DNA of 64,000 nucleotides from a plasmid. The stretch lies in the sequence record NZ_CP069608.1; one strand, 5' to 3'. The notes below the pieces were generated by a model that saw only the letters and a list, made by a program, of their open reading frames with translations, made no database searches and was not told the DNA's origin. Below, piece after piece: positions 51,530-61,523 of this stretch; the first letter of the stretch is position 1; every line of letters starts with the position of its first letter. Both the position numbers and the translations under genes were made by a program.

Positions 51530-52075
51530 TTGGTGATTATTGGTTATACCCGTCCTTATAGTGAAGATGGAGATTTGGACACACAATTAAAAGCTTTACA
51601 AAAGTACAATTGTGACAAGATTTATGAAGAGAAAACGAATTCCGTAAAAAAACGAGTAGAATTTGATCATATGTTAGCGTCCCTCAATGAAGGCGACACA
51701 GTGGTTGTTTATAAATTTTATTGCATTGCAGACTCTACTAGACACCTCATCGAATTAAGTGAATATTTTTCTGAGCATCATATTCATTTTATATCTATCC
51801 TTGATGAAGTTGATACTTCTACTGTAGAGGGCACAATCTTTTTTAACATGATGAAACGGGTTGGTGAATTTCAGCATGATGTAATTAGTGAACGTACGAA
51901 GGCCGGACTTCAAGAAGCAAAATTAAAAGGAAAAAGTGGCGGGCGCCCGAAAAAGCCTGATTATAATGTTCACCGCGCTCTTGATATGTATTGGAGTAAA
52001 AAATATACGATTGCTCAAATTACAGAGGCAACAGGAATAAGTAAAACTACTCTGTATCGTTACTTAGATAATTAA
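51530..52075 (+). CDS. Serine recombinase (Hin/Gin invertase-resolvase) homolog with a divergent catalytic motif
   Basis: 181 aa; Hin-like throughout, with a C-terminal HTH ISKTTLYRYL, but N-terminal GYTRPYSEDGDLDTQ in place of the canonical GYxRVSTxDQ. Confidence 0.6.
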   Translation: MVIIGYTRPYSEDGDLDTQLKALQKYNCDKIYEEKTNSVKKRVEFDHMLASLNEGDTVVVYKFYCIADSTRHLIELSEYFSEHHIHFISILDEVDTSTVEGTIFFNMMKRVGEFQHDVISERTKAGLQEAKLKGKSGGRPKKPDYNVHRALDMYWSKKYTIAQITEATGISKTTLYRYLDN

Positions 52076-52208
52076 CTTTTTATTCCTTAAAACCTAACGC
52101 TAGCTTCTAACAGGATATTTAGCATTCATAGTTAAGAGCCCATGAAAATTCATGGGCTCGTATGATTAATGTTATTAATTTTGATAGGAATCGTAAATTA
52201 TTTAAACG

Positions 52209-53510
52209 TTATTTCTTGTTTTGGGGAACTTTTATTTGTTTAATATCACCTAAGACATAGATATAGAAAATTAACCCTAATAATAAAACAAATCCTGCTA
52301 CAATAAAGCTAAGATCAAATGAACCGGTTTTATCTACAAGATAACCAGTTAAAGCAGTTGCTATGATACCACCAAATAAGTTATTCGCTAAATTTACTAT
52401 AGAACTAAGAAGAGAAATAGATCCTGTAGGCGCAATCTCTGAAGAGATAGACCATCCAATAGGAGCAGTGGCAGATATACCTGCTAGTCCTACCGATATA
52501 CATACCATCGCGATGACCACATTATCAGTGAAAATAGAGCCTAAGAAAACAAACCCCAAACATAATCCAATGACAATGATAATCCGATATACTTTTTGAT
52601 TTTTATAGCCTCTTTTAATTAAATAATCAACCAACCAACCACCGACTAAAATTCCCGAGATTGATGCAATCAACCAAGGAACAGCTGTCAGTAGACCAGA
52701 TGACATAATATCCATCCCATACTTTTCTTTGAAGAAAGTTGGTAACCACGTTAATAATAAGTTAAAGGTGTATCCATAACCTGTAAATCCTATCATCAAT
52801 CCCCAAACTTTTCGATTCGTAAATAAAACCTTAAGCGTATATAACAGTTTATTTTCCTGTTCGTCATTAGCACCCACATTATTTTCTTGGATATAATTCA
52901 ATTCATCATCAGAGACACGCTTATGTTTTTCTGGCTTTTCATAATACCACCAGAATAGTAATGTAAATAAAACATTTATTATTCCGATTGATAAAAATGC
53001 TGTGCGCCAATCGAACTTGGTAATTAGAAATGCTACTAACGGTGCCCCAATCACATTTGAAAATTTTGCTGCTGAATCAAATAAAGAGTTAGGTAACCCA
53101 CGTTCTTTTGGGGGAAACCATAAAGAAGTAGCTTTCGAGGCTGCTGGAAATGCTGAGGCACTCATAATACCTATTAAGAATCGAACAATATACAAAAGAA
53201 GTTTTCCTTGTAGAAATGCCATCGAAATCGTTAATAGGCTCCAAATAAACATTCCGACTCTTGTAACCCAAGCTACGCCAAACTTATCCAATAAACTGCC
53301 AACAGGAATTTGCATAATGGTATAGGAATAAGTGTAAATAGAGAAAACAATTCCTAATTCTGTGGCAGTTAAGTGAAATGAATCCTGTATAGCAGGTGCT
53401 GCAACTGAAATAGCTACACGATCAAAGTAATTTAGAATAATCATGCTGCTTAATAGTGATGAAATAAACCACCTTGTATGTCCTGTTTTCTTTACTGTAT
53501 CTTCACTCAT
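52209..53510 (-). CDS. MFS transporter (anion:cation symporter-like)
   Basis: 433 aa, 12 TM. Confidence 0.75.
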   Translation of the reverse strand: MSEDTVKKTGHTRWFISSLLSSMIILNYFDRVAISVAAPAIQDSFHLTATELGIVFSIYTYSYTIMQIPVGSLLDKFGVAWVTRVGMFIWSLLTISMAFLQGKLLLYIVRFLIGIMSASAFPAASKATSLWFPPKERGLPNSLFDSAAKFSNVIGAPLVAFLITKFDWRTAFLSIGIINVLFTLLFWWYYEKPEKHKRVSDDELNYIQENNVGANDEQENKLLYTLKVLFTNRKVWGLMIGFTGYGYTFNLLLTWLPTFFKEKYGMDIMSSGLLTAVPWLIASISGILVGGWLVDYLIKRGYKNQKVYRIIIVIGLCLGFVFLGSIFTDNVVIAMVCISVGLAGISATAPIGWSISSEIAPTGSISLLSSIVNLANNLFGGIIATALTGYLVDKTGSFDLSFIVAGFVLLLGLIFYIYVLGDIKQIKVPQNKK

Positions 53511-54063
53511 GAATGAACTCCTTTCTTTGTTAGTTTGTTCCTCTTAGCTGAATGGCATTCTACTTAATACCACAATTTTTGTAAGCATAAACAAGACAAT
53601 TCTTTGCTTTTTCTTTAAAATTCATTTTTCGAACATAATAATAAAATTTTAGATAAAGGGATGAAAAAATCGATAACAGAAGCATTTCGGAGAACAACAA
53701 TCTATTTAGTTACGTTGAAAACGTTGTACAAATAAGAATAAACAATATATAATTCGTCTTGTTAATTGCGGATCTGGCTTTTATGAGAGTTGAAAGCCCA
53801 GAAAAACTAAATTGAAAGAGGTGCTTCGAAGTCGTTACATTTTATTAAGTAAGATTTCTAAACGAAAATTAGCTGAGAAATTGGATCCTATATTGTAGTG
53901 CCCAATATAATAATTTACGAGATTATTATTTCTCTTATCTAAATCTGATGTTGTAGTTATTCTATCAATATGCGTATATAAATTTACTAATATCTGAATA
54001 CCTAACACAACAAAATAGAAATCTGCCTGCAGTAAACCCAAAATTTAATAACACTAGTAAGGA

Positions 54064-56022
54064 GTGAATAATTTGAAGTCGTTTTTATTTAATCGAGTAA
54101 GCTTACTAAACAAAACGTTTGGCTTATTTTTCTTGATAACACTCATTTTTTGGTTAAAAACATATACAATCTATCAAGTCGAATTTTCATTAGGTATTGA
54201 AAATAGTATTCAAAAATTTTTGTTGTTCATTAACCCAATTAGTTCTACTCTCTTTTTCCTTTCTTTTGCTTTATTATTTAAAGGAAAAGCGAGGAACAGA
54301 GCGTATCTAATCATCCATTTTATACTGTCTTTTGTACTGTATGGAAATGTTGTATATTATCGATTTTTCAATGATTTTGTTACTGTACCAGTATTGATGC
54401 AAACACAAAACTTTGGTCAACTAGGTGGAAGTGCTTTAGCACTTATACACCCTACTGATGTACTTTATTTCTTGGATTTTATTGTTTTAGCTCTATTAGT
54501 GCTAACAAAAAAAATAAAACCTCAAGAGAAATTATCTAGAAAAGCGATAGCAACAGCTTTTATATCAGCTATCTTAATTTTCACAACCAATTTAGCAATT
54601 GCAGAATCTGATCGTCCACAGTTATTAACACGTACTTTCGATCGTAATTATCTTGTGAAATATTTAGGTGTTCACAATTTTACCATTTATGATATTATTC
54701 AAAGCTCAAAATCTGCTTCTCAACGTGCATTTGCTGATAGTAATGACATTACAGAAGTAAAAAACTACACAAATTCAACTTATGTAAAGCCAAATGAAAA
54801 ATATTTTGGTGCTGCAAAAGATATGAATGTAATTTATATTTCAATGGAGTCTGTTCAAGGTTTCCTCATCGATTATAAATTACGAGGAGAAGAGGTAATG
54901 CCTTTTCTAAATTCATTGACCAAAGATTCTAATACACTTTACTTTGATAATTTTTTTCATCAAACAGCACAAGGAAAGACATCTGATGCAGAGTTCTTGA
55001 TGGAAAATTCTATGTATCCGTTACCACAAGGATCAGTCTTTACAACAAAAGCAATGAACACCTATCAAGGTTTGCCTAGTATTCTAAAAAGCAATGGTTT
55101 TAACTATACAGCTGCTCTTCACGGTAACTCTAAAACGTTCTGGAACCGTGAAGAAATGTATAAATCACAGGGCTATGATATGTTTTACGATTCTAGCTAT
55201 TACAATATGTTAAGTGAAAATATCATAGGCTATGGATTAAAAGACAAACCATTTTTAAAAGAATCTATACCCTATTTGAAAGAGATGCCGCAACCTTTTT
55301 ATACAAAATTCATTACGGTTACGCACCACTTTCCTTATCCATTAGAGGAAAAAGATCGGACTCTTGAACCTGCCACAACAGGGGATAAATCAGTAGATCA
55401 ATATTTCCAAACAGCCCGTTATTTTGATGAATCATTAAAGCAATTCTTTGATGATCTAAAATCTTCTGGCTTATATGATAATACAATGGTTGTTATGTAC
55501 GGTGATCACTATGGGATCTCCGAGAACCATAAACGTGCGATGGGTGAATTGTTAGGGAAAGAAATTACACCTTTTGAACAAGCTCAATTGCAACGGGTTC
55601 CATTATTAATTCATATTCCTGGGGAGAAAATTGAAGGTGGAGTAAACCATACGTATGGTGGTCAAGTAGATGTTCGTCCAACTATTCTACACTTACTGGG
55701 AATTGACACGAAAAATTATATTGAGTTTGGTTCTGATTTACTCTCAACGGAGGACCATCAAATTGTTCCTTTCCGGAATGGAGACTTTGTAACTCCTGAG
55801 TTCACAGAAGTTAGTGGTAAATGTTACAGTAATGAAACTGGTGAATTAACTCAGGATTCTAAAACCTGTGCCCAATATAGTGAGGCTGTAAAAAAAGAAC
55901 TAGAACTTTCAGACAAAACTGTGTATGGTGATTTATTACGTTTTCATGAGGTGAAAGGGTTTAAGCCAGTAAAACGTTCGACGCTAGATTATTCCAAGGC
56001 AGAACATTTGAATCAACAATAA
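54064..56022 (+). CDS. Lipoteichoic acid synthase family protein (second LtaS paralog)
   Basis: ~650 aa; same architecture as 9607..11679; probable TTG start at 54073 after the aaggag RBS. Confidence 0.9.
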   Translation: MNNLKSFLFNRVSLLNKTFGLFFLITLIFWLKTYTIYQVEFSLGIENSIQKFLLFINPISSTLFFLSFALLFKGKARNRAYLIIHFILSFVLYGNVVYYRFFNDFVTVPVLMQTQNFGQLGGSALALIHPTDVLYFLDFIVLALLVLTKKIKPQEKLSRKAIATAFISAILIFTTNLAIAESDRPQLLTRTFDRNYLVKYLGVHNFTIYDIIQSSKSASQRAFADSNDITEVKNYTNSTYVKPNEKYFGAAKDMNVIYISMESVQGFLIDYKLRGEEVMPFLNSLTKDSNTLYFDNFFHQTAQGKTSDAEFLMENSMYPLPQGSVFTTKAMNTYQGLPSILKSNGFNYTAALHGNSKTFWNREEMYKSQGYDMFYDSSYYNMLSENIIGYGLKDKPFLKESIPYLKEMPQPFYTKFITVTHHFPYPLEEKDRTLEPATTGDKSVDQYFQTARYFDESLKQFFDDLKSSGLYDNTMVVMYGDHYGISENHKRAMGELLGKEITPFEQAQLQRVPLLIHIPGEKIEGGVNHTYGGQVDVRPTILHLLGIDTKNYIEFGSDLLSTEDHQIVPFRNGDFVTPEFTEVSGKCYSNETGELTQDSKTCAQYSEAVKKELELSDKTVYGDLLRFHEVKGFKPVKRSTLDYSKAEHLNQQ

Positions 56023-56417
56023 AAGCATGCACCTTTAATGGTGCATGCTTTTACCGTTATCCCTCTCTATTTATTTGTTCTTTTTTACATGTAATAAGAA
56101 AATATGAAGGATACACCTTTTATATATAAGTATTGTTAACGCTCTTACACAGAAAGTTGATAAATCAAGGATGTATAAAAAGCTGCATACTCTATAAAAA
56201 TCACCCACTTGGACCCTTCATCCCATGAGGATTCTTTTACCTTCTTGCTTCCTTGAAAATCTACTATGTTAACTAAAATTGAAAATAACATATTGTCTAT
56301 AAAGATAAATTACTTTTTGTACGTCCATAAAGGTTAATTCTATTGACTAAATAGACATTTTGTTATTTGATTCTACATAGTCCAAAAAGGTGTACCTTTT
56401 GGGACTAGCTATACAAA

Positions 56418-56452
56418 AAAAGATCGTTGCTACATAGCAACGATCTTTTTCG
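56418..56452 (+). terminator. Rho-independent terminator (aaagatcgttgcta/tagcaacgatcttt + T-run)
   Basis: Read directly. Confidence 0.5.
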
Positions 56453-56716
56453 AACTCGATTAGATGATTAGGTTGATGCATAGCATAACATGCCATCTAA
56501 GCATTTAACAACCTTAAATATTTGTATAAGCAATATAAATATTTAATAAGTTGATGATATAATAATTTCAAACTAGGAATTACATGTAGGTGCTTCTGTG
56601 GAAAGGGACCACCTTTTTTAATCAAAGTATCAAATCATTTAATCTTCAATTCAAAAAGGCATTTGCGCTATTTTGAATTTGTATAAGCATGATAAAGAAA
56701 GTTAGGATGATTAATT

Positions 56717-56932
56717 GTGTTTAAGTCCATATGGTGTACTTTAGAAAATGAAACGCAGGAAATGATTCTTATTATCTCTCCGGTAGTGATTTTGGGAATT
56801 ATCGCCCTTCTAAATATACATCCTTTAGTAACAATAGCATGCACCTTATTAGCAGGCTTATATGGTGGTATATTCTTTGCAGTAAATCTGATTAGAGAGT
56901 TTATAAATAAACTGAAGGGCAATTTTAAATAA
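56717..56932 (+). CDS. Small 2-TM membrane protein
   Basis: 71 aa. Confidence 0.35.
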   Translation: MFKSIWCTLENETQEMILIISPVVILGIIALLNIHPLVTIACTLLAGLYGGIFFAVNLIREFINKLKGNFK

Positions 56933-56966
56933 AATAAGAAAAAAGGCATAAGAAAGGAAACCATTA

Positions 56967-57218
56967 ATGATACCCATTTCAATGGAAGCATATGTGAATA
57001 AGCATTGCAAGAATAATCCTGGAGAAGAACCAAACCAGTTAAGGGAAAGTTTAAAACAGGCAGTTAAAGATAAGAAAAATGGAGCGATCTGCATCAACTG
57101 CGGTCAGGAAATTTGGGCGATTGGCAGTGCTATCGCTTATCAAGGATGTTTTTCGTGTTTAACTGGGGAGGTGGATTCCTCGGAAGACTATGAGATCGAT
57201 GAGGTGTGTTGGTCATAG
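56967..57218 (+). CDS. Small Cys-containing protein (CxxC...CxxC zinc-ribbon-like)
   Basis: 83 aa: CINCGQEI...CFSC. Confidence 0.4.
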   Translation: MIPISMEAYVNKHCKNNPGEEPNQLRESLKQAVKDKKNGAICINCGQEIWAIGSAIAYQGCFSCLTGEVDSSEDYEIDEVCWS

Positions 57219-57319
57219 ATTTAAAAATACCTATTTGGGCCCCAAATAATAATAAAAAAAATACCCTGAAGGAGTTAATTGAAGAAATTTCTATGCTTAG
57301 GCAAGAGGTATAAATATAT

Positions 57320-57408
57320 CCTACTTGTCGTCAGGTAGAGTAAATAATGAAACTAATTATTTTTATGGAATACTTCACGATTTACTTAATATAAAATACG
57401 TTATCGGC
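57320..57408 (+). repeat. Repeat family copy C
   Basis: cctacttgtcgtcaggtagagtaaataatgaaactaattatttttatggaatacttcacgatttacttaatataaaatacgttat aligns with copies A, B and D. Confidence 0.6.
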
Positions 57409-57431
57409 ACAAAAAAGCCTTTAAGAGCATA

Positions 57432-57695
57432 TTATCTTAAAGGCTTTTTTGCCATTACAAAAGATATGATAGCAAAGAGTATTAGAAATACTGCTAAGAA
57501 CAAATAAGCAGCACCTTCAAAACCTCGTACTTCTATATAACCAATATAAAAAAGAACGATTGCAGCTATAACTGTTAAAATTGCAGGAATCATTCGAACA
57601 GCTATACCCCACCTCATACGTCTAAATAGCCAAGTTAAAAATAATACAATTACACCTGGTATTAATGCAATAAGTAAAGGAACACCGATCATCAT
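57432..57695 (-). CDS. Small 3-TM membrane protein
   Basis: 87 aa; bidirectional terminator at 57405-57445. Confidence 0.4.
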   Translation of the reverse strand: MMIGVPLLIALIPGVIVLFLTWLFRRMRWGIAVRMIPAILTVIAAIVLFYIGYIEVRGFEGAAYLFLAVFLILFAIISFVMAKKPLR

Positions 57696-58068
57696 TAGCT
57701 ATCAGCCTTTCAGAATACCTTTTTGTACCATATTAACATAAATATTCTTTAAAAGATTCTGTATACCATATACAAATTAAGACTACATAATAATGATTAC
57801 AAGAACCAATAAAAGTTCGTAAAAGTATACTTTTACGGACTTTTATTTTTAATACGTAATCCATCATTTTATCGTTCATATAAGTTTAAAGTAACTTTAC
57901 GAACGTTCTCTAAAAAGCAACCACTTTTACATACTGTTTTCATATACTGAGTTATGATAATAAATAATTTACAGCATTATTTTAAATTAAAAAGAGGGAA
58001 AATTTGCATGTTTATGGAAAATATTATAATTGTTAGGATATTTTTATTTAAAAGGGGATGAATGTAAA

Positions 58069-58473
58069 ATGAATAAAAAGCTAAAGCTATTTTTAGGTGG
58101 CATGATTTTAGCCACTGGTCTGAGCGCTTACAGTGCTTCTCCTGCATCTGCTGAGTACTTTCCTGGTATATCAAGTACTTCAAGTCAAGGAACCAATTCA
58201 TTTATAAAATCAGGAAGTTATATACAATCTAAAGGGACATCAAGTGCTAATCGAATAATGGATCATATTTCAGTTCGTAACTATATTTATATACAAGGCA
58301 AGCTAGATGATGAAAATGTCGCTCAAAAATCCAAGGCATCTTCCGTAAGTGTTCTTTCTGGTAAGTATAAGTTTGCTACAAAAACAGTATATAGAACATA
58401 TTCTTACCATCACTTTGAAAAAGGCACACAAGCTGCTGGTGGATATTCTAGTTCTGTTTACTATCCAAAATAA
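58069..58473 (+). CDS. Secreted Ser/Tyr-rich hypothetical protein (signal peptide)
   Basis: Starts MNKKLKLFLGGMILATGLSAYSASPASA; RBS aaagggga. Confidence 0.45.
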   Translation: MNKKLKLFLGGMILATGLSAYSASPASAEYFPGISSTSSQGTNSFIKSGSYIQSKGTSSANRIMDHISVRNYIYIQGKLDDENVAQKSKASSVSVLSGKYKFATKTVYRTYSYHHFEKGTQAAGGYSSSVYYPK

Positions 58474-58521
58474 TTGAAAGGGGAGTCCACTTTGTGGACT
58501 CCTTACATTTAAGGAGGCTCT

Positions 58522-59451
58522 ATGAAAAAGTTACTTTTGTTTCTATTTTTTGCCATACTAACTATAGGATGTTCAATGATACCAAAAGATGAGGTAAGTA
58601 AAGATACAAATGATAAAAAAGCTATAGAGGTAAGTAGCAAGCCAGAAGTCCGACAAATGATTCTTATATCAAGTGATGAGACAGCTAAGAGCGATCAACA
58701 CCGTTTATATATGTTAAATAAAACTTCTTTTACTCCTCATATTGAAGTTGATAACGATTTCCCTTGGCAGAATACATATCGTTTATTCTTTTTTGTCGAT
58801 TATAAACAAGTTAATGTGACTAAATCAGGAAAAGTTCAACCATATGTTGAGGTAGATTTAGAAGCTCGAAAAAGAATTAAATTTGATGATATAAGTATTA
58901 ATAATCTTAAAGAAGGTAGACATGATTTTTTATTATTTTTAGTAAGAAACCCAGATAAACCTCTAAAAAAGGATGAATTTATTCCTACTGAGGCTTTGCA
59001 TCTTTCAAGAAGAAGCACCTTAATTGTCAAAAAAGATATACCTCCGCGTCCTAACTTTTCAAAACTTGAAAATAAAATTCCAAATAGTAATGACTCAAAA
59101 TCAATTCCTTTTATTTCATATAAGCCTACAGAATCATTAAGAGAGGCGCTTGGTGTAATTGATAAAAATAAGTCAGATAAAGTATGGATTAATTTCCCTA
59201 CACCAGTAGTAAATAAAAACTATGCACTTATCGCGTTATTAAACAATAAGCAACTCAAATTAGAAACGCCTTTCATTACGTCAAATACAAATGGCACTAC
59301 AAGCTTACCTCTAACTGTCAAAGAATGGAATCACAACGACAATCTAATTATAGGAGTAATTGAAAGGCCATTTGAAAAGGGAGAAGACAGTAAAGGGTCC
59401 CTCTTAGATCCTTGGACACCTACTTATACCAATAAAATTACGATAAAATAA
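58522..59451 (+). CDS. Lipoprotein, hypothetical
   Basis: 309 aa; lipobox LTIGC. Confidence 0.5.
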   Translation: MKKLLLFLFFAILTIGCSMIPKDEVSKDTNDKKAIEVSSKPEVRQMILISSDETAKSDQHRLYMLNKTSFTPHIEVDNDFPWQNTYRLFFFVDYKQVNVTKSGKVQPYVEVDLEARKRIKFDDISINNLKEGRHDFLLFLVRNPDKPLKKDEFIPTEALHLSRRSTLIVKKDIPPRPNFSKLENKIPNSNDSKSIPFISYKPTESLREALGVIDKNKSDKVWINFPTPVVNKNYALIALLNNKQLKLETPFITSNTNGTTSLPLTVKEWNHNDNLIIGVIERPFEKGEDSKGSLLDPWTPTYTNKITIK

Positions 59452-59702
59452 AAATAGCCTTGCCTCGATTAAGAAAAAGCAGCCTAAAATAATATTAGGC
59501 TGCTTTTTTTATTTGTATATCATATACAACCCTAGTTTACATAAGCTCGATTCGCGGAACCAAACAAAAATGCTATCCCTTGGGCGGCAAGGGATAGCGC
59601 TACACTAAAATTTATCGTTTATGCAGTATTTTATACATCGTTGATTTATCGAGGTTTCAAGCCTTTGACAAATTACTCGTACTGAATAAAATCATGCATA
59701 AA

Positions 59703-59984
59703 TTAAGCTTTTATATTGAACTTAAACTCTATTTCATTCTTTAAAATTTCTGCCCCTCTTGGACTTAACACTAAACCTTTTGCATACTCCTTATTTTGAG
59801 GAGTGATTTCACCTGTAATGACACATTCATTGTAATGCGTATATTTCTTTAGAATGATTTGATTTCCGTCAACAAAGATTTCTACAGGATCTTTTTCTCG
59901 AATAGCAAGAACCTTTCTTAGCTCAACTGGAATAACAACTCTTCCTAATTCATCTACTTTTCGTACAATACCTGTTGATTTCAT
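59703..59984 (-). CDS. AbrB/Abh family transition-state regulator (SpoVT-AbrB swapped-hairpin domain)
   Basis: 93 aa; MKSTGIVRKVDELGRVVIPVELRK N-terminus. Confidence 0.8.
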   Translation of the reverse strand: MKSTGIVRKVDELGRVVIPVELRKVLAIREKDPVEIFVDGNQIILKKYTHYNECVITGEITPQNKEYAKGLVLSPRGAEILKNEIEFKFNIKA

Positions 59985-60278
59985 TTCATATTCTCCTCTT
60001 CTTGCTGCAATATTCTACTTCATTTTATTTTCTATGAATTGGATTTATCAATCCAACAAAGGAATCTTAAGTGCTCCTTCCTACATTATATAAACGGTAC
60101 TAAAACAGTCTTCATCCTGTTTATGTAGCCTCAAGACTGTCGGATGTTTAAAATAGTACCCTTCTATAACTACTCTAGACATTTTATGATTCATCTTTTG
60201 TTTCTCCTTGCACCATTTACTTATTCTTATGAATAAACGAAGGGATTTTGTTAAAATAATGTCTCTTCCCTTTCCCTT

Positions 60279-60524
60279 TTAGGCTTTTTTCTTAAATTGT
60301 TCTATTACATAGGTGCAATTTCGTTTATGTTCACGGGAAAAAAAATGATCTTGCTTATAATACACTCTTACTTCACAAGAAGGACATAGAAAGAAACCTC
60401 TTTTTATTTTCTCATTACTCACCTCATGAGCATAAAACTCTCCTGTTGCTTCAAACATCCATACATGTTTAGCCTTTTCAATTTTCGCTCGCATAATGAT
60501 ATCCTCCTTATCCATATTTTTCAT
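60279..60524 (-). CDS. Hypothetical protein (two Cys pairs)
   Basis: 81 aa. Confidence 0.3.
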   Translation of the reverse strand: MKNMDKEDIIMRAKIEKAKHVWMFEATGEFYAHEVSNEKIKRGFFLCPSCEVRVYYKQDHFFSREHKRNCTYVIEQFKKKA

Positions 60525-60606
60525 ATATCTCTATGATAAGGGCTTTATGGTAAGAAGACAAAGAAAAAACAGCATTCCGTGATAAACACGAAATGCTGCT
60601 TCGTTA

Positions 60607-60996
60607 TTAAGTGTTTTTTAACTTGTAGCCTTTGAACTTGTAACCATATACTTTCGTAAGATCAACAAAGCTCTTATAGGAATAAGTGATAGCAACCGGA
60701 GTACCTACTTGAACTTTGTCATATAACTTTTCAACAGAAGTGTTATGCATCCTCACGCAACCTTGACTCACGTATTTTCCAATGCTGCTTTCATTGTTGT
60801 TGCCATGAATGCCGTATGTATCGCCATACGTACCGTTTGCATTTAATCCTAACCAACGTTTTCCTAATGGATTGCGAGGCTCTCCTCCAGGAATCTTTCC
60901 TTTATAATAAGGGCGATTTTTAATTTTGTTTACGACTTTAAAAAATCCAACCGGTGTTTTGTCCCACGATTTCCCCGTCGCAACCGGCTCCACCAT
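60607..60996 (-). CDS. L,D-transpeptidase catalytic domain protein (YkuD-like)
   Basis: 129 aa; GIHGNNNESSIGKYVSQGCVRM catalytic His/Cys region. Confidence 0.8.
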   Translation of the reverse strand: MVEPVATGKSWDKTPVGFFKVVNKIKNRPYYKGKIPGGEPRNPLGKRWLGLNANGTYGDTYGIHGNNNESSIGKYVSQGCVRMHNTSVEKLYDKVQVGTPVAITYSYKSFVDLTKVYGYKFKGYKLKNT

Positions 60997-61118
60997 TTCT
61001 AGTTTTCCATTATGAAAATAAGCAAGCTTGTTATATTATATTTAGGTTAGACAAGTAAAACTGTTGAGAATAAAAAACCCTCACATTTTAGATATGTCTA
61101 ATATGTGAGGGCTTAACT

Positions 61119-61523
61119 TTATAACTTTGTAAAGTAATCGGTGAGCTTTTCATTTTCTTTTTGGCGCAACTCTCTATTTTCTTTTTCTAATTGTTGATTT
61201 TTTTTCTCTAACTTTTCAATTCTTCTTTTGAGGGAAGAGATGACCGCGTTCTGATTATTTTCATCCCGTTTAATTCTATCATCCACAAATGCTTTTTCTT
61301 GTTGATTTCGCAAGAAATCAATGCGCTCTTTGAGTTCTATATGATTGTATAGGGTAGCTTTCGCTACACCTGCTTCTTTCGCCACACTATTAAAGTTTAT
61401 TGCCTTAGAACTCTTTATAAGACGTTTAATAGCCTCCTCAACTTTATCTTTAGTTGCTTGTTTTCGCTGTTTATGTAGTTGCCTTAGTTGCTCCTCACGT
61501 TCAAAATTAGCCATGTTTAACAC
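61119..61523 (-). CDS. TnpC-like small protein of a Tn554-family module (HTH + coiled coil)
   Basis: 134 aa; overlaps the stop of the upstream recombinase; KATLYNH HTH-like segment, K/E-rich heptads. Confidence 0.55.
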   Translation of the reverse strand: MLNMANFEREEQLRQLHKQRKQATKDKVEEAIKRLIKSSKAINFNSVAKEAGVAKATLYNHIELKERIDFLRNQQEKAFVDDRIKRDENNQNAVISSLKRRIEKLEKKNQQLEKENRELRQKENEKLTDYFTKL

